Below, in pieces: positions 1 to 12,303 of a stretch of 60,725 bases of DNA (position 1 is the first letter of the stretch; the number at the start of each line of letters is the position of its first letter). A model generated the notes under the pieces. That model had not been told where the DNA came from and did not search any database. It saw nothing but the letters and a program-made list of their open reading frames with translations. Both the position numbers and the translations under genes were made by a program. The DNA lies in the NCBI GenBank assembly GCA_002245135.1, contig NGBS01000877.1, positions 186,001 through 246,725 of the forward strand, written 5' to 3'. The DNA is from Proteromonas lacertae (Eukaryota).

Positions 1-1273
1 TTAAACAGATCTTATCATAATCAAATGCGAATTTCTCTTTATTAGTTGTTTTCCATGGTATTTCACTGATTTTCTTAGTGTCAAAATCACCTACAATTAT
101 AGTTTCACATGTTCTAGCTATCATATATCGACCTCTATATATATGCACATCATCTATGGAATATCCTTTATTACTATATAATAATCTTACAGCTGTATCA
201 TTCGTTTCACTTTCAGTATCAGTAATAATGATTCTGGATGGTGATACATAGTTATATTCAAATGCACCTTGTTTACAACGACGTAATGACACTTCGAACA
301 TTTCAACTGCACCTGTCACAGAACCAACTACTACTCTACTACCATCTGGTCGCCATGAGGTAGCAGTTACACTGTATAAATTATTGATTCTCTTTTCATA
401 TGATTGTTCCCAACTCTTTGTCTTTGTTTGATATGAATAGATATAGAATCTATTATAGTTACCTACTACAATACAATCACCATCTGGATTAGCAGCAGCT
501 GTCTCAAACTCTTTTACTAATGGGTCTTTATTATAATCGAATGATCTTTGAATTGATCCACTGGTTGGTTCATAAAATAATACTCTCTTATCATTTCCAC
601 TTGCACAGATTGATACACCCCAGGATAAAGCATAAGGTGTTGTTGGATGAGTAACTACCTTGGAGGAGGATGGCTGTTTACCGGTTGTTTCATCACCAAA
701 TCTATAAACATAGATTGAACCATCTAAATGACCAGTGACTATTGCATTTCCTTCTGGGTTAGAACACATTGATACACAGTAGGATTGAGTATCGAACAAG
801 GAGGAGGCTTTACTCTTGTTGTTTCTACCAGATTTGATTGATCCATCTGCACAACCAAATACGACTTCTTTTGGCTTTGATGGCCATGCACAACAGGTTA
901 TAGCTGATGATACGACATATCTCCCACGAACTGCTTTCTTATCTCCCCAATGATTACCAAGCTATTTAAGAATTATATAAAAACTAAATATTTATACATA
1001 ATAAACATATAAACAACAATCTGATTGAGCGATTGCTAATTGATCTGAGTCTGGACTGAATACCATTCCTTTAACAACGTAATTCTTACCACAGTTTGGT
1101 GCTGGCTTTGTGGAGAATTGTTCAACATATTTACCAGTTTCGTCAAATAAAAACACTACTCTATTGGTGGTACATGTAGCTAATCTCATCATATCAGGTG
1201 ACCAACAAATGGCTGTGACTTTAGTTAAGGTTTCTGATACACCAGCAATATTTGCATCATGTAATAACTGCAT
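1..1273 (-). CDS. IFT172: Intraflagellar transport protein 172, N-terminal WD40 part (continues off the left edge)
   Basis: MQL...KVTAICWSPD...FSTKPA...FSPDSDQLAIAQSD; removing the 36-bp intron at 962-997 gives YVYYLGNHWGDKKAV, matching the IFT172 N-terminus. Confidence 0.93.
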
Positions 1274-1352
1274 TATTTAAATTGACTTTCTTATTATTGA
1301 GAAAAATCGAATTAAAATCAACAAATCAAAAACGCTTTTTTAAATTTTGTTT

Positions 1353-1406
1353 GGCTTGAAAAAGGTGAGGCTAAAAAGTGGAGGCTTAACTTGACACTAG
1401 GCTTGA
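1353..1406 (+). promoter_or_regulatory. GGCTTGA motif cluster in the divergent IFT172/V-ATPase B spacer
   Basis: GGCTTGA at 1353-1359 and 1400-1406, GGCTTAA at 1383-1389; the same heptamer recurs in other divergent spacers. Confidence 0.45.
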
Positions 1407-1450
1407 GTTATTCAATCATTTTTATTAAATCTTCTTTTATCTCCAAGATA

Positions 1451-3067
1451 ATGTCGGTTTTAACAGAAGGAAAACCTACTACCTTTGATATTAATGCTGC
1501 TGCTGCTATCAGAGATTATTATGTTGAACCAAGATGTGGTATTTATTAATCATTTTCATCTTCCATAGATTACAAAACAATATCAAGTGTCAACGGACCT
1601 TTGGTCGTATTAGAGAATGTTAAAGTATAACAAATCGTCATATGCTGAATAGGGACCTTGTTTCAACGAAATTGTTGAATTACAGTTAGGAAATGGTGAA
1701 AGAAGAAGAGGGCAAGTGTTAGAAATTTATGGTAAAAAAGCAGTTGTTCAAGTATTCGAAGGAACAACAGGTATTGATAATTTAAAGACTTGTTGTACAT
1801 TTACAGGAGATGTCATGAAGATTCCAATGTATAAATATCAAATATATTCACATAATTATAATATTTGTTTAGTTCAAGTGAAATGTTGGGAAGAACATTC
1901 AATGGATCTGGTACTCCAATCGATGGTTGTCCACCAGTATTAGCTGAAGATTATTTAAATATTGAAGGTAATCCCATCAATCCCTTCTGTAGAACATATC
2001 CTAAAGAAATGATCCAAACTGGTTTATCTTCAATTGATGTAATGAATTCTATTGCTAGAGGTCAAAAGATCCCATTGTTTTCTGCATCAGGTTTACCACA
2101 TAACGAATTAGGTGCTCAAATCTGTCGTCAAGCTGGTTTGGTTGCTGGTAAAGATATATTTGACCATCATAAAGACAACTTCGCTATGGTATTTGGTGCT
2201 ATGGGTGCTAATAAAGAAACAGCTAGATTTTTTAGAAATGATTTTACTGAAAATGGTACAATGCAAAGAACAGTCTTATTTATGAATTTAGCTGATGATC
2301 CAACTATTGAAAGATATATTACACCACGTCTAGCTCTTACAACAGCTGAATATTTAGCATATGAACAAGAATTGCATGTATTAGTCATTCTAACTGATAT
2401 GTCATCTTATGCTGATGCTCTTCGTGAAATATCTGCTGCTAGAGAAGAAGTACCTGGTAGAAGAGGTTATCCAGGTTACATGTACACTGATTTAGCCACT
2501 TTATATGAGAGAGCTGGAAGAATTAATGGTAGAAATGGTTCAATTACTCAATTACCTATATTAACAATGCCTAATGATGATATTACTCATCCAATCCCTG
2601 ATTTAACTGGTTATATTACTGAAGGACAGATTTACATTGATAGACAATTATATAAGAGAGGTATTTATCCACCTATCAATGTATTACCATCATTATCTAG
2701 ATTGATGAAATCAGCCATTGGTAAAGGCATGACTAGATATGATCATGGAGCAGTTTCTAATCAATTGTATACTAACTATGCAACTGGTAAGGATGTATTG
2801 GCTATGAAGGCTGTGGTTGGTGAAGAAGCTTTAACACAAGAAGATCACTTGTATTTGAAATTCACTGAAGATTTTGAAAGAAAATTCTTATGTCAAGGTT
2901 CTTACGAATCTAGAGATATTTATAAATCATTAGATGAAGCCTGGAACTTATTGAGAACATTCCCTAAGGAAATGTTGAAGAAAATTGATCAAAAGACTTT
3001 AGATGAATTCTATGCTAGAAAAGACAAGAAAGATATTCCTCCAGCACCAGAAGCAACATCCAATTGA
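1451..3067 (+). CDS. VMA2: V-type H+-ATPase subunit B
   Basis: ATG at 1451; introns 1539-1568, 1625-1652 and 1829-1872; motifs [51 protein letters not shown]. Confidence 0.98.
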
Positions 3068-3152
3068 AAAGTGTAAAAGAATAATTAAGTTACTATTTTG
3101 TTTTTTGTTTATGTTTATATTATTTTTGTATTGATGTGTTTTGTTTGGCTTT

Positions 3153-3562
3153 TTATTTATAAACTGATAAATGACTTGGAGATGGAATAGTTCGACTATT
3201 TGGAGATGGAATTGGACTTGGATTTCTATTTTGTTTTAATTGATATTCTAAATCATCAATCATATCTTCATATTGTCTGATTTGTTCTTTTAATTGTTCG
3301 TATTCTTTTTGTAATGCTTCACCTTCTGTGATTGGTAGATGCTTTAATAAAAAATAAACAGTTTCATCAATTTCTAATTTCTCACCATCTTTTAATCTAC
3401 TTATACTTTCTTTATATTCTTCATCATCATATACTTTATTCATTAGATTCGCTATTATGTGATTTACAGCGTCCATTCTCAATCTATCATAAAAAGACAT
3501 TATTTCATCTTCACCAATCTATTAACTGTGTAATTTATAAGTCATACAAACGTAAGAGACAT
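3153..3562 (-). CDS. Small hypothetical protein with C-terminal coiled coil and Pro/Ser tail
   Basis: ATG at 3562 and a 29-bp intron at 3519-3547 extend the 115-aa ORF in frame (MSLTF|IGEDEIMSFYD). Confidence 0.65.
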
Positions 3563-3712
3563 TTATTATATTATAATTCAACTTATAGCAAGTAAAAACA
3601 ACAAAAGTAAGAATATTGTTTCAAAATTTATATTCGGTTCTTTTCTCAAATCAGCATTATTATTGGTTTGTTTCAAATTGAATATTAATTTTTTCATTAT
3701 TCTCTGCCTCTG

Positions 3713-5295
3713 ATGATAGAAGAATGTATATAGAAAGTTTATAATTTTTATTAGCACATCCAGATGAGTTATTTGTCAAAATTAGGGGGTTTTCTTGGAC
3801 CGATACAAAAGATGACATAATTAGCTTTTTTAAAGATGAAAACATCAAACCAGGAAGGGTAGTTATTCCCATGAAAGATGGTAAAAATATTGGAGAAGCT
3901 GTAATCGAGTTTTCAACAAAACCTGATGCTGTTAATGCTATTAAACGACATAAACAATATTTGCATAACAGATACATGGAAGTGTATCAGAGTTCATTTT
4001 CAGAATACCTTGCTAAAGAAAACTATAATGGTGATATTCAAAGTCAACCTGTGAATAACTATAATCAAAACCCAGTTCCAAGTAAAAATTATCCCTTCAG
4101 GTGGAAGAGGTGGTAGATCTAGTGATAACCATCCTAATTCTTCATATACTCGAGCTGCTCCTTATTATGCTCATTCTCCTCCAATAGCACATCCTTACTC
4201 TCCACCTGTACCAAATGCATATTCACCACCACCTCCAGTTGATGCTTATACAAATTCAAAACCGTTTTACCCAAACGATCCATATAATTCTCAACCATAC
4301 CCACGAAACCAATCTCCACCAGTTCATTCTAACAGTCCACCATTACATGAACCTGCTAGAATTGCTATACCATATAATTCAAAATTACCATCACATTCTT
4401 TTATTGTTCGTATACGGGGAGTGCCTTTTACTGCTACAAAACAAACTATTTCTCATTTTTTCTCACCACTAGTGGTTGATGATAAAAATATAACAATTGT
4501 TTTAACAAGGGAAGGTAGACCATCTGGTGGTGCTTTTGTCGTGTTTAACAGTGAAGCAGAAGTGAGACAAGCATTAGCTAAATCTAAAGATAAAATGTCT
4601 GGTAGATCTGTTGAGTTGTTTAGGAGTAGTATTTCGGAATTACAAAATGCTAATACACAAAACGATAATTGTCTTGCTAAAAATATCGCACTTCGTCCTG
4701 GGGAGACTGCTATTATAAAATTAAGGGGTTTACCTTATTCTGCTCAAGAAAGGGATATTGTTAATTTCTTTAAAAAAGCTGGGGTTGTTGATATTACTGA
4801 AAAAAGTGTTCATGTCGCTCGTGGTACAGATGGGAGACCTTCGGGAATTGCTTTTGCTGAATTTAAATCAACTGATGTATATAAATTTTGCTATTTTTCT
4901 TTTTTACATCTTTTAAATACTCTAAATTATTTTTTAATTATATTTTATAGGATGTTGCAAGAGGTATGATATGTGATAGAGAAAAAATTGCTAATAGATA
5001 TATTGAATTATTTCATTCAAATTTTACAGAGATGAAAACACATTGTGGACCTATAGATACAATCGGTGTTGACTATTCTCAACCTCCTCCATCACCTTCT
5101 CAAAGAGTATCACGTGGTCCTCCTCCTCCAAGAGGTTATTATAATTATCCACCAAATTATTATTCAAATTATTCTGCTCCTCCTCCATCTAGAGGATATT
5201 ATTATCAACAACCTCGTGCATACATGCCACCTCCACCAAGACAGTATGATCCTTATGCTGCACCTCCACCATCTCAATATGCACCAAGAAGATAA
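3713..5295 (+). CDS. hnRNP F/H-like RNA-binding protein with three quasi-RRMs and Pro/Tyr-rich low-complexity regions
   Basis: Motifs VKIRGFSW, VRIRGVPF, IKLRGLPY, GRPSG.AF and RY(I/M)E(L/V); introns 3726-3754, probable 4082-4100, and 4877-4950. Confidence 0.9.
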
Positions 5296-5402
5296 ATATA
5301 AAAAATAAATAAATAAAAATTTAGAAATTAGTATTTTTATTGTTTTGATTTTTTGGGTAAATGTCAGAAATAGAGAATAAAACAAAATGAAAATTTATTT
5401 AT

Positions 5403-7183
5403 TTACACTTTAGTTACCTTTTCTATATCACTAATTGTCTATATAACAATAAAATAATAATAATAATAATATATATACTATTGGTATTGATTTTGTTAAA
5501 ATTTCTGGTTCATTCTTGTGATTTATTGCTATTACATTACTTATTCTTGCACTTATTCCCTTATATTCCTCTGTTATTTCTGGTAATTTGGGATTTATCT
5601 ATTCATCGTTATAATAACAATAATAAAAGAGAAATAATTCATACATAAATAGCAGCTCCAAATGTAAAAACATTACCAGGTATTAGTTTCTCGTCAAATG
5701 AAATTGATGGTGTATCAATTGGATCAATTCCTAACCAATTAGACACATGATGTGGAAAAACTTTTAAATATAACTTTCTTTCAATAATTGACTTTAAAGT
5801 ATTATTCTTCATTACTTTATAATCATATAAACCTTGACATAACAACTTGATTACTATTTTATATAAATCATTCAATGAAACTGGTTGATTTTTCATTCTT
5901 AATCTATTAATCCCTCCAATGTAAGCATTATAGATTATGCTATATATCTTTTTCTGTGGTTCACTAAATTCACCTGAAACAGGCCAAGTTCTAGCAACAT
6001 AGGAACTATATCCATGATATTCACAACCAGCTTGAAAATTGATTAACTATTAAAATAAATAAAATGACATATATACTTCACCACCATTTAAGGCTGCTTT
6101 ACAAAATGTATTATTTAATAAATAAGATGTTTTTCCAGCTAGTATTAAGAATAATAAAATGGTTATAAATACAGGTTATAACTGGTTCATTACACATTCC
6201 TTCTGAACCTCTTGATGTAATATTATATTGAAAATTGGAGATTACTGAATATTCATAAGATCCAGGTCTTATATTATAATTAAAGAAATAACTAATTTAT
6301 AAGTAATATAATAAAAATTTAAAATGATATTAACTTTCTGCATTGTTTCTAAAAATGATTCTGATAATATTTCACTTCCTGATTTTATTACATTCATTTC
6401 ATTCTTAGATTTTATAAATCTTAATTTATCAATAAACGACATTAATGGACTATTATAATTAAAATAATCAATATATATATATATACTTGAGTTGATATTT
6501 TAATGGATTTAAAATCATTTTTATCTGATTATCAATAATTGGATGATGGTTTGTTATACAATAGATTTTATCATTTTTTGTAAGAAGAGATGGTAATAGT
6601 TTCTTTAACGCTTGAATTCCTAGTACATTATCAAAGCCAAAACATTCTCTAATTGCAGCTAAACTTGAGATTCTATCATTCCATTGAATATCAAACTGTT
6701 TAGGTTCAGGACAAAATATGATAGATTGCGTTGAATTGGCTGATGCTTTTCTCAAGAATAACAAACAATCTGGTTCCTAGCATAATATAGTATAAAATTA
6801 ATGATTTCAAATACCATAAGTCCTGTAAGATAGAAAAAGTATGAATTTTGGTGAAAAGGGTATGAAACGTTGTACGACTTTTCAGTCAAACTGGAGGATG
6901 CAATTATAGTGACTGAATTTTCAGGTAGTGAATTCATTAGCGCTATTTGTCGTTCATTATATCTAAAGAATAACTCAAAAAGTCTATACTCATTGCCTGA
7001 AATACCAGGAGTAATTTCATTTTTCTTTATAAGGAGTGGATGAGTCCAAAACGAAGGCTATTAAAATTAGGATGAAAAATTTACTTGAGAACAAAGATGA
7101 CTGGGTTGTTTGGTTGATGCTGTTCCATAATAACGTAGTAAAAACGACAATCGTAGACAATTCCTTCTCACTAAAAAGGACAT
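5403..7183 (-). CDS. ICP55: Aminopeptidase P / ICP55 (XPNPEP3)-like protein, predicted catalytically dead
   Basis: Arg/Ser/Leu-rich N-terminus; motifs THPLLIKKNEITPGIS, YPFHQNSYFFYLTG, RTWPVSGEFSEPQ, FPHHV; several short introns. Confidence 0.85.
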
Positions 7184-7203
7184 TTTATTATTGAAAAGAA
7201 CTT

Positions 7204-7210
7204 GGCTTGA
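7204..7210 (+). promoter_or_regulatory. GGCTTGA motif centred in a 42-bp bidirectional spacer
   Basis: Lies midway between the ATG at 7183 (-) and the ATG at 7226 (+). Confidence 0.5.
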
Positions 7211-7225
7211 TTCACATTTAAAAAA

Positions 7226-9441
7226 ATGTCATTTATTTCGATATACAGACATATTGTAAAAGAAATACATCCATTATATACACAAAATATAGTATCTTTT
7301 TACGAATACATCTTTAAAGAAAACAATATATTGTTGTAAAGGATTAATGATAAGAAAACTATCAAATGAAACAAAATATCATTCAAATACTGAAAGAATT
7401 AATCACATTAGGAAGGTATTTTACATTATAATAGTGTTATTAAATAGGAATTGAGAAAAATGAATTATAATATTCCAGATAATCTATTTACATATATTGG
7501 AAGTTATTCTTATTCTATAAAAGCTGTTGATGAATGTTTGAAAGTATTTAGAAAAGAAAAGAATTCAAATAAAGAAGAGGAAGAAGTTTTAGAAATAAAT
7601 TCTTTACTTCAACCATATGAGTAATATTTAATTGAATATATTTTATAATAGAGATGCTAATGTTGAATTAGTTGATATTTCAACTGCAGATAGTGATCTT
7701 CTAACAGTAGCATTAGATATGAATCACATTGAAGATTATAAATCGTTTGTATATAAAATATCAACAAAAGAAATAATTTGTGAATTTGAAAATTGTAGAG
7801 ATGTTTGTTTTTCTCCAAATTATCCAGTTTTGAAATTATATTATTTGAAATATAATGATAGACATATGAATAATCAACTGTGGCAATACAATATAGAAAC
7901 TAAAGAGAATATTTTGTTATATGAAGAAAAAGATCTTGAGTATGTATTAACAATGAGAAATAGTGGAAAATATATTATTGTTACATCTGCTTGTAAGCAT
8001 TCAAATGAAGTACGAATAATTGATGAAAATAATAAAGAAAAAGAAACTAAATTAGTATTATTTAAAAGAAGAGAAAATAATATACACTCGATTGTTTCAA
8101 ATATAAATGGTAAATGGATTATTTATACCAACAAATACAATCCAAACTATCAGATTTATTTATCCAATGATATTGATGAAAAGAAATGGAAATTGATATT
8201 TGAAGTACAAGATAATCAAACAATGGTTAATTTTGAGAAATTTGGAGTATTTATATTCTCTATTATGTTAAATATATATTGTTAGCCAAACTTAGTTTTG
8301 AGTCTTTTTACAGAAACTCATCCAGAAATAAAGATATTGTCATTAGAAGATAATAAAAAGCCTTATACTATTAATTTGAAAAATCATTTCACATCTATTG
8401 ATTGTAGTCCACAAAATGTATTGCTAATTTACTTTTATATAAGAAATAGTCTGAATATCCAAAACTTCAAATTAATGCTTGTAATCCATTTACATTTCCT
8501 CAATATTTTGATTTTAATTATCAAACAAAAGAACTAATAAAACTGAAAGAATATGATCAGGAAAATGAGTATGAAGATAGAATAAAAGATTTTTGTTGTG
8601 AAACACATTTTGTAAAGAATAAAAATGTTGAAATACCAATTACCATATGTAGAAATAAAAATATAAATAATAACTATAAATCACCAATATTAGCTAATGT
8701 ATATGGTTGTTATGGATTAACACTCTCTACAGATTATAATCCATTGTATTTATATTTACTTCTTCATGGTTGGAGTATTGCTTTTTGTCATGTAAGAGGA
8801 AGTGGAGGAAATGGAATAAAGTGGGTAAATGAAGGAAAATTATTAAAGAAAATGAATTCAATATATGATTATATTGAATGTTGCAAATATTTATCAAAAC
8901 TGCCATTTGTAGATAATAGGAATCTGTTTTGTTACGGTGGTAGTGCAGGTGGAATAGTTGTAGGAGCTACTATGAATATGGTTGAAGATTCTGAACTTAT
9001 TAAAGGATCATTACTGTTTTCACCGTATCTCAATGTAATTGATGAGTTATCTGTATTTATATTAACTATTATTATATTTGTTATATAGAATAAAGAAAGA
9101 TCTTTGTCAAAACATGAAAGAGGTGAATTAGGAGATATAAATAAAAAAGAGGTAAGAGAATATATCATGAAATATGATCCACATTATAATATAAAGAAGA
9201 AAAAATATCCTAACATGTTTATAGTAGCTGGAAGAAATGATTATAGAGTGTCTTTTGGTGATGTAGAAAGATATGTGAAGAAAATTAAATTGATGAATGA
9301 AGGTAATTCTACTATAAGATTTATGAAATTGTATTCATATATATTTTAAAATATATTTATATTTATAGGGATTCTGGCCATTTTGGATATGAAGATTGTT
9401 ATGATAAAGCAATTCTTTTTCTTGAGAAGATGAAAGAGTAA
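7226..9441 (+). CDS. Oligopeptidase B / prolyl oligopeptidase (family S9A)
   Basis: Motifs VYGCYG, HVRGSGGNG..W...GK, catalytic GGSAGG, GRNDYRV and DSGHFG; multiple short introns; TAA at 9439-9441. Confidence 0.9.
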
Positions 9442-9582
9442 TTTAATAGAATAATTTGTTACATAAAAGTCATTTAGTAATATTTTTGTGGTTATTTTGT
9501 GTTTTATTAATGTGATAATGAAAATTTAAAAATATAGTCGTTAAATTAATATATATTTTGCACAACGTAATTTCAATTTTTA

Positions 9583-10812
9583 ATGAAATATCTAGTTATA
9601 CCATTATTATTAGTTTCAATATTAGCATGCACTAATTATTGTAATGCACATGGATCATGCGAGAAGGGTGATAGATGTGCTTGCTTTCCTGGATGGGGAG
9701 GTGCAGATTGCTCTGAACGTATTGCTTTTATTTTATTATTAATAATTCTATTAATAGGTGCCTGCCCTTTTGGAGAAGCTTTTGTAGATGGAACTGTTGG
9801 TGATTTAAATTTCGATGGAGTTATAGATTCTACTCCTGTTAAAAATGAATGGTACCCTAATGGAAGAAGTGAAATTCAAACAAAAGAACGTCCACATTTT
9901 TATGCAGAATGTTCAAATGCTGGTATTTGCAATAGACGAACAGGAGAATGTCAATGTTTCCCAGGATATGGTGGTGAAGAATGTGGTCGTACCGTTTGTC
10001 CTAATAGTAATGGTACAATGTGTACAGGTCATGGAGTATGTATGTCTGCTTATATGGATACTTATATGAAAGGTAATATATATTATGGTTGGGAAATGGA
10101 GAAGTATTATAAGTGTAAATGTGATAAAGGTTGGACTGGTGTTGATTGTAGCGAAAGAGAATGTCCTAAAGGAACTGATCCATTTGAATCTCCTGTTAAG
10201 AATTATTATACATATTATATGAGATCTGGAGCAGATCATCGATTTATTTTAGAGGATTTTGATGGTGTGACTTATGAATCTGTACCTATTCTTAAGAGAG
10301 CTAAAATGTGTGATGCTAGTATATCATCTGGTCAATTAGCTGATTTTAGAACTGAAATAGAAAGAGCTTTAAGAGGAATGACTCCATTTTCACAAGCAAA
10401 TGTTAATGTTGAATGTGGAGAATATCAACAAGATGGTAATGGTGGTACTGATAATCCTACTATTGATCCAAAAGTTAAACAATCTTATTACAAAATAACT
10501 GTCACATTAGATTATATAGATTCTGCTTTATTAAGATCATCCAGATTAGTGATTGAAACAAGAAGAGCAAATAATAATGATACAGATAATTATGATTGGG
10601 CTGTTGCTGATAAATACGAAAATACACCTTCAGTAGATCCAGCAAATCAAGCAAATCAAGATTATCCATATTTAGTATTGAATATGGGATATGAGGATAT
10701 TACATATGAATGTAGTAGAAAAGGTTTATGTAATTATTCAACTGGTGAATGTAAATGTTTTAGTGGCTACTATGGAGTAGCTTGTGAAAATATACAATCT
10801 CTACCTCTTTAA
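9583..10812 (+). CDS. Secreted EGF/tenascin-like Cys-rich protein of the tubular mastigoneme (Ocm1/Sig1) type
   Basis: Signal peptide; C..HG.C...D.C.C..GW.G.DCS.R.CP, HFYAECSN.G.C.R.TG.C.C, CP.GTDP and a terminal ECS..G.C...TG.C.C..GY.G..C; 39-bp intron at 9719-9757. Confidence 0.8.
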   Translation: MKYLVIPLLLVSILACTNYCNAHGSCEKGDRCACFPGWGGADCSERIAFILLLIILLIGACPFGEAFVDGTVGDLNFDGVIDSTPVKNEWYPNGRSEIQTKERPHFYAECSNAGICNRRTGECQCFPGYGGEECGRTVCPNSNGTMCTGHGVCMSAYMDTYMKGNIYYGWEMEKYYKCKCDKGWTGVDCSERECPKGTDPFESPVKNYYTYYMRSGADHRFILEDFDGVTYESVPILKRAKMCDASISSGQLADFRTEIERALRGMTPFSQANVNVECGEYQQDGNGGTDNPTIDPKVKQSYYKITVTLDYIDSALLRSSRLVIETRRANNNDTDNYDWAVADKYENTPSVDPANQANQDYPYLVLNMGYEDITYECSRKGLCNYSTGECKCFSGYYGVACENIQSLPL

Positions 10813-10899
10813 ATATATATTTTATTATATAAATTAATTTGATATTGTTTTAGAAAATCAAAAATTCATAATCAAACATGTTTGAAGAAACAGAATTTT

Positions 10900-11881
10900 A
10901 TGATTGAAGATTTATCAGATATACTCAATTTATCATCATCCGCATTGTCAGTATGCGGTTCTTCATTTATTATCATTTCATGGTTTATTTTTCCAGATGA
11001 ACAGTTCTTCATTAGACAAATTATTATGTGGTTGAGTGTTGCAGATCTGTTAAGTTCACTTACATTTGGTGTAGCATCATCAATCCATCTATTTGACAAT
11101 AATTTTATTTCAAATTCAACAATCTTCTGCAAAATCCAAGCTGTATTTATGCATTTTTCAGTTTTATCATCTTATATTTGGACAATGTGTTTTGCACATT
11201 ATTTATACCATCTTATTTCAAGACAATCTCAACCTCCATATCTCAAAGTTCTATATCACATTTTAGGATGGATAGTTCCATTTTTAGTTGCACTAACTAT
11301 GTGTATTATTATATTCATTATATTCATAGTTTTGTTGAATGAATTTAATGTTATACAGTTAGAACCAACTTCAGAAGCTGCTTGGTATATTCGTTAGTAT
11401 TAATAATTGTGTTAGGTGTTGGATTTCATCATCAAAACCAATATATCAGATTATTTTGTATTATATACCAATTATTTTCATATTCTGTGCAAATTTCATA
11501 TTTTGCTTATTAATTTACACAAAAATATCATCAGATGTAGTTGGTAAAGGAATAAAGAAGAGAGTTTTGTGGTATTTATTGATTTTCTTAGTTACAGCCG
11601 TATGGGGAATTTTATGCAAATTTATACCAAATTCAGAGGTTCTTAGTTATATTGACAACTTTGTTTCGCCTTTGCAAGTATGTTTTTATGTATTTACTTA
11701 TTTAGGGTTTTTTGAATGCTTTAGTGTATGGATTAAATAAAAAGATCGTTCAGTCGTTATGTAAGTGTTGTGAAAGAGTATTTATATAGTTTTTTTATCT
11801 GTGTTTTTATAGAAATCTATTTTCAGAGTGGGTAGCTATCCAGATAATGAAACAACCAATCTGTTAGAACAAGAACAATAA
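10900..11881 (+). CDS. 7TM receptor of the cAMP-receptor/GCR1-like family
   Basis: LS.CGS.FII, WLSVADL, C..QA......LSS..WT.C.A, YH..GW, CWI and the spliced SPLQGFLNALVYG motif; four introns. Confidence 0.85.
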
Positions 11882-12303
11882 TATTTATATATATCTTGAT
11901 TTGTATAAGCTTTTAAGTCTATTGATTTTCGTATTTCAAAAATATTTTTTGCTGTTTCGAGTGTAATAATTCTTGAGGATATTTATTTCACATATTTCAT
12001 CCTTAATAAATGATTGAATCAATAACTATAGAATCAAACCTATTCAAACATAGCTTCAAATAAATACCTAAAACTATTCAAAAATTGCTATTTAAAATCC
12101 TCTTACAGTTGTTCCCCCTTCAAGACTTTTTTTAATAGTTTGGGAAGATATTTCAATCCTAGGATCAGTATATAATATTTATTATCAACTATACTAATAC
12201 ATATTATTATTTTCTTGCATACATTTCAAATTTATATTTATACTCACATTTTTATGTGTATAGATCCGTCTAGTTAGTATTTATTTTGACATTTTTATCA
12301 CAA

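Noticed and set aside
9719..9757. Internal TM segment RIAFILLLIILLIG in the EGF protein
   Set aside because: It is the read-through of a 39-bp intron; the paralogue has a 31-bp intron at the same position.
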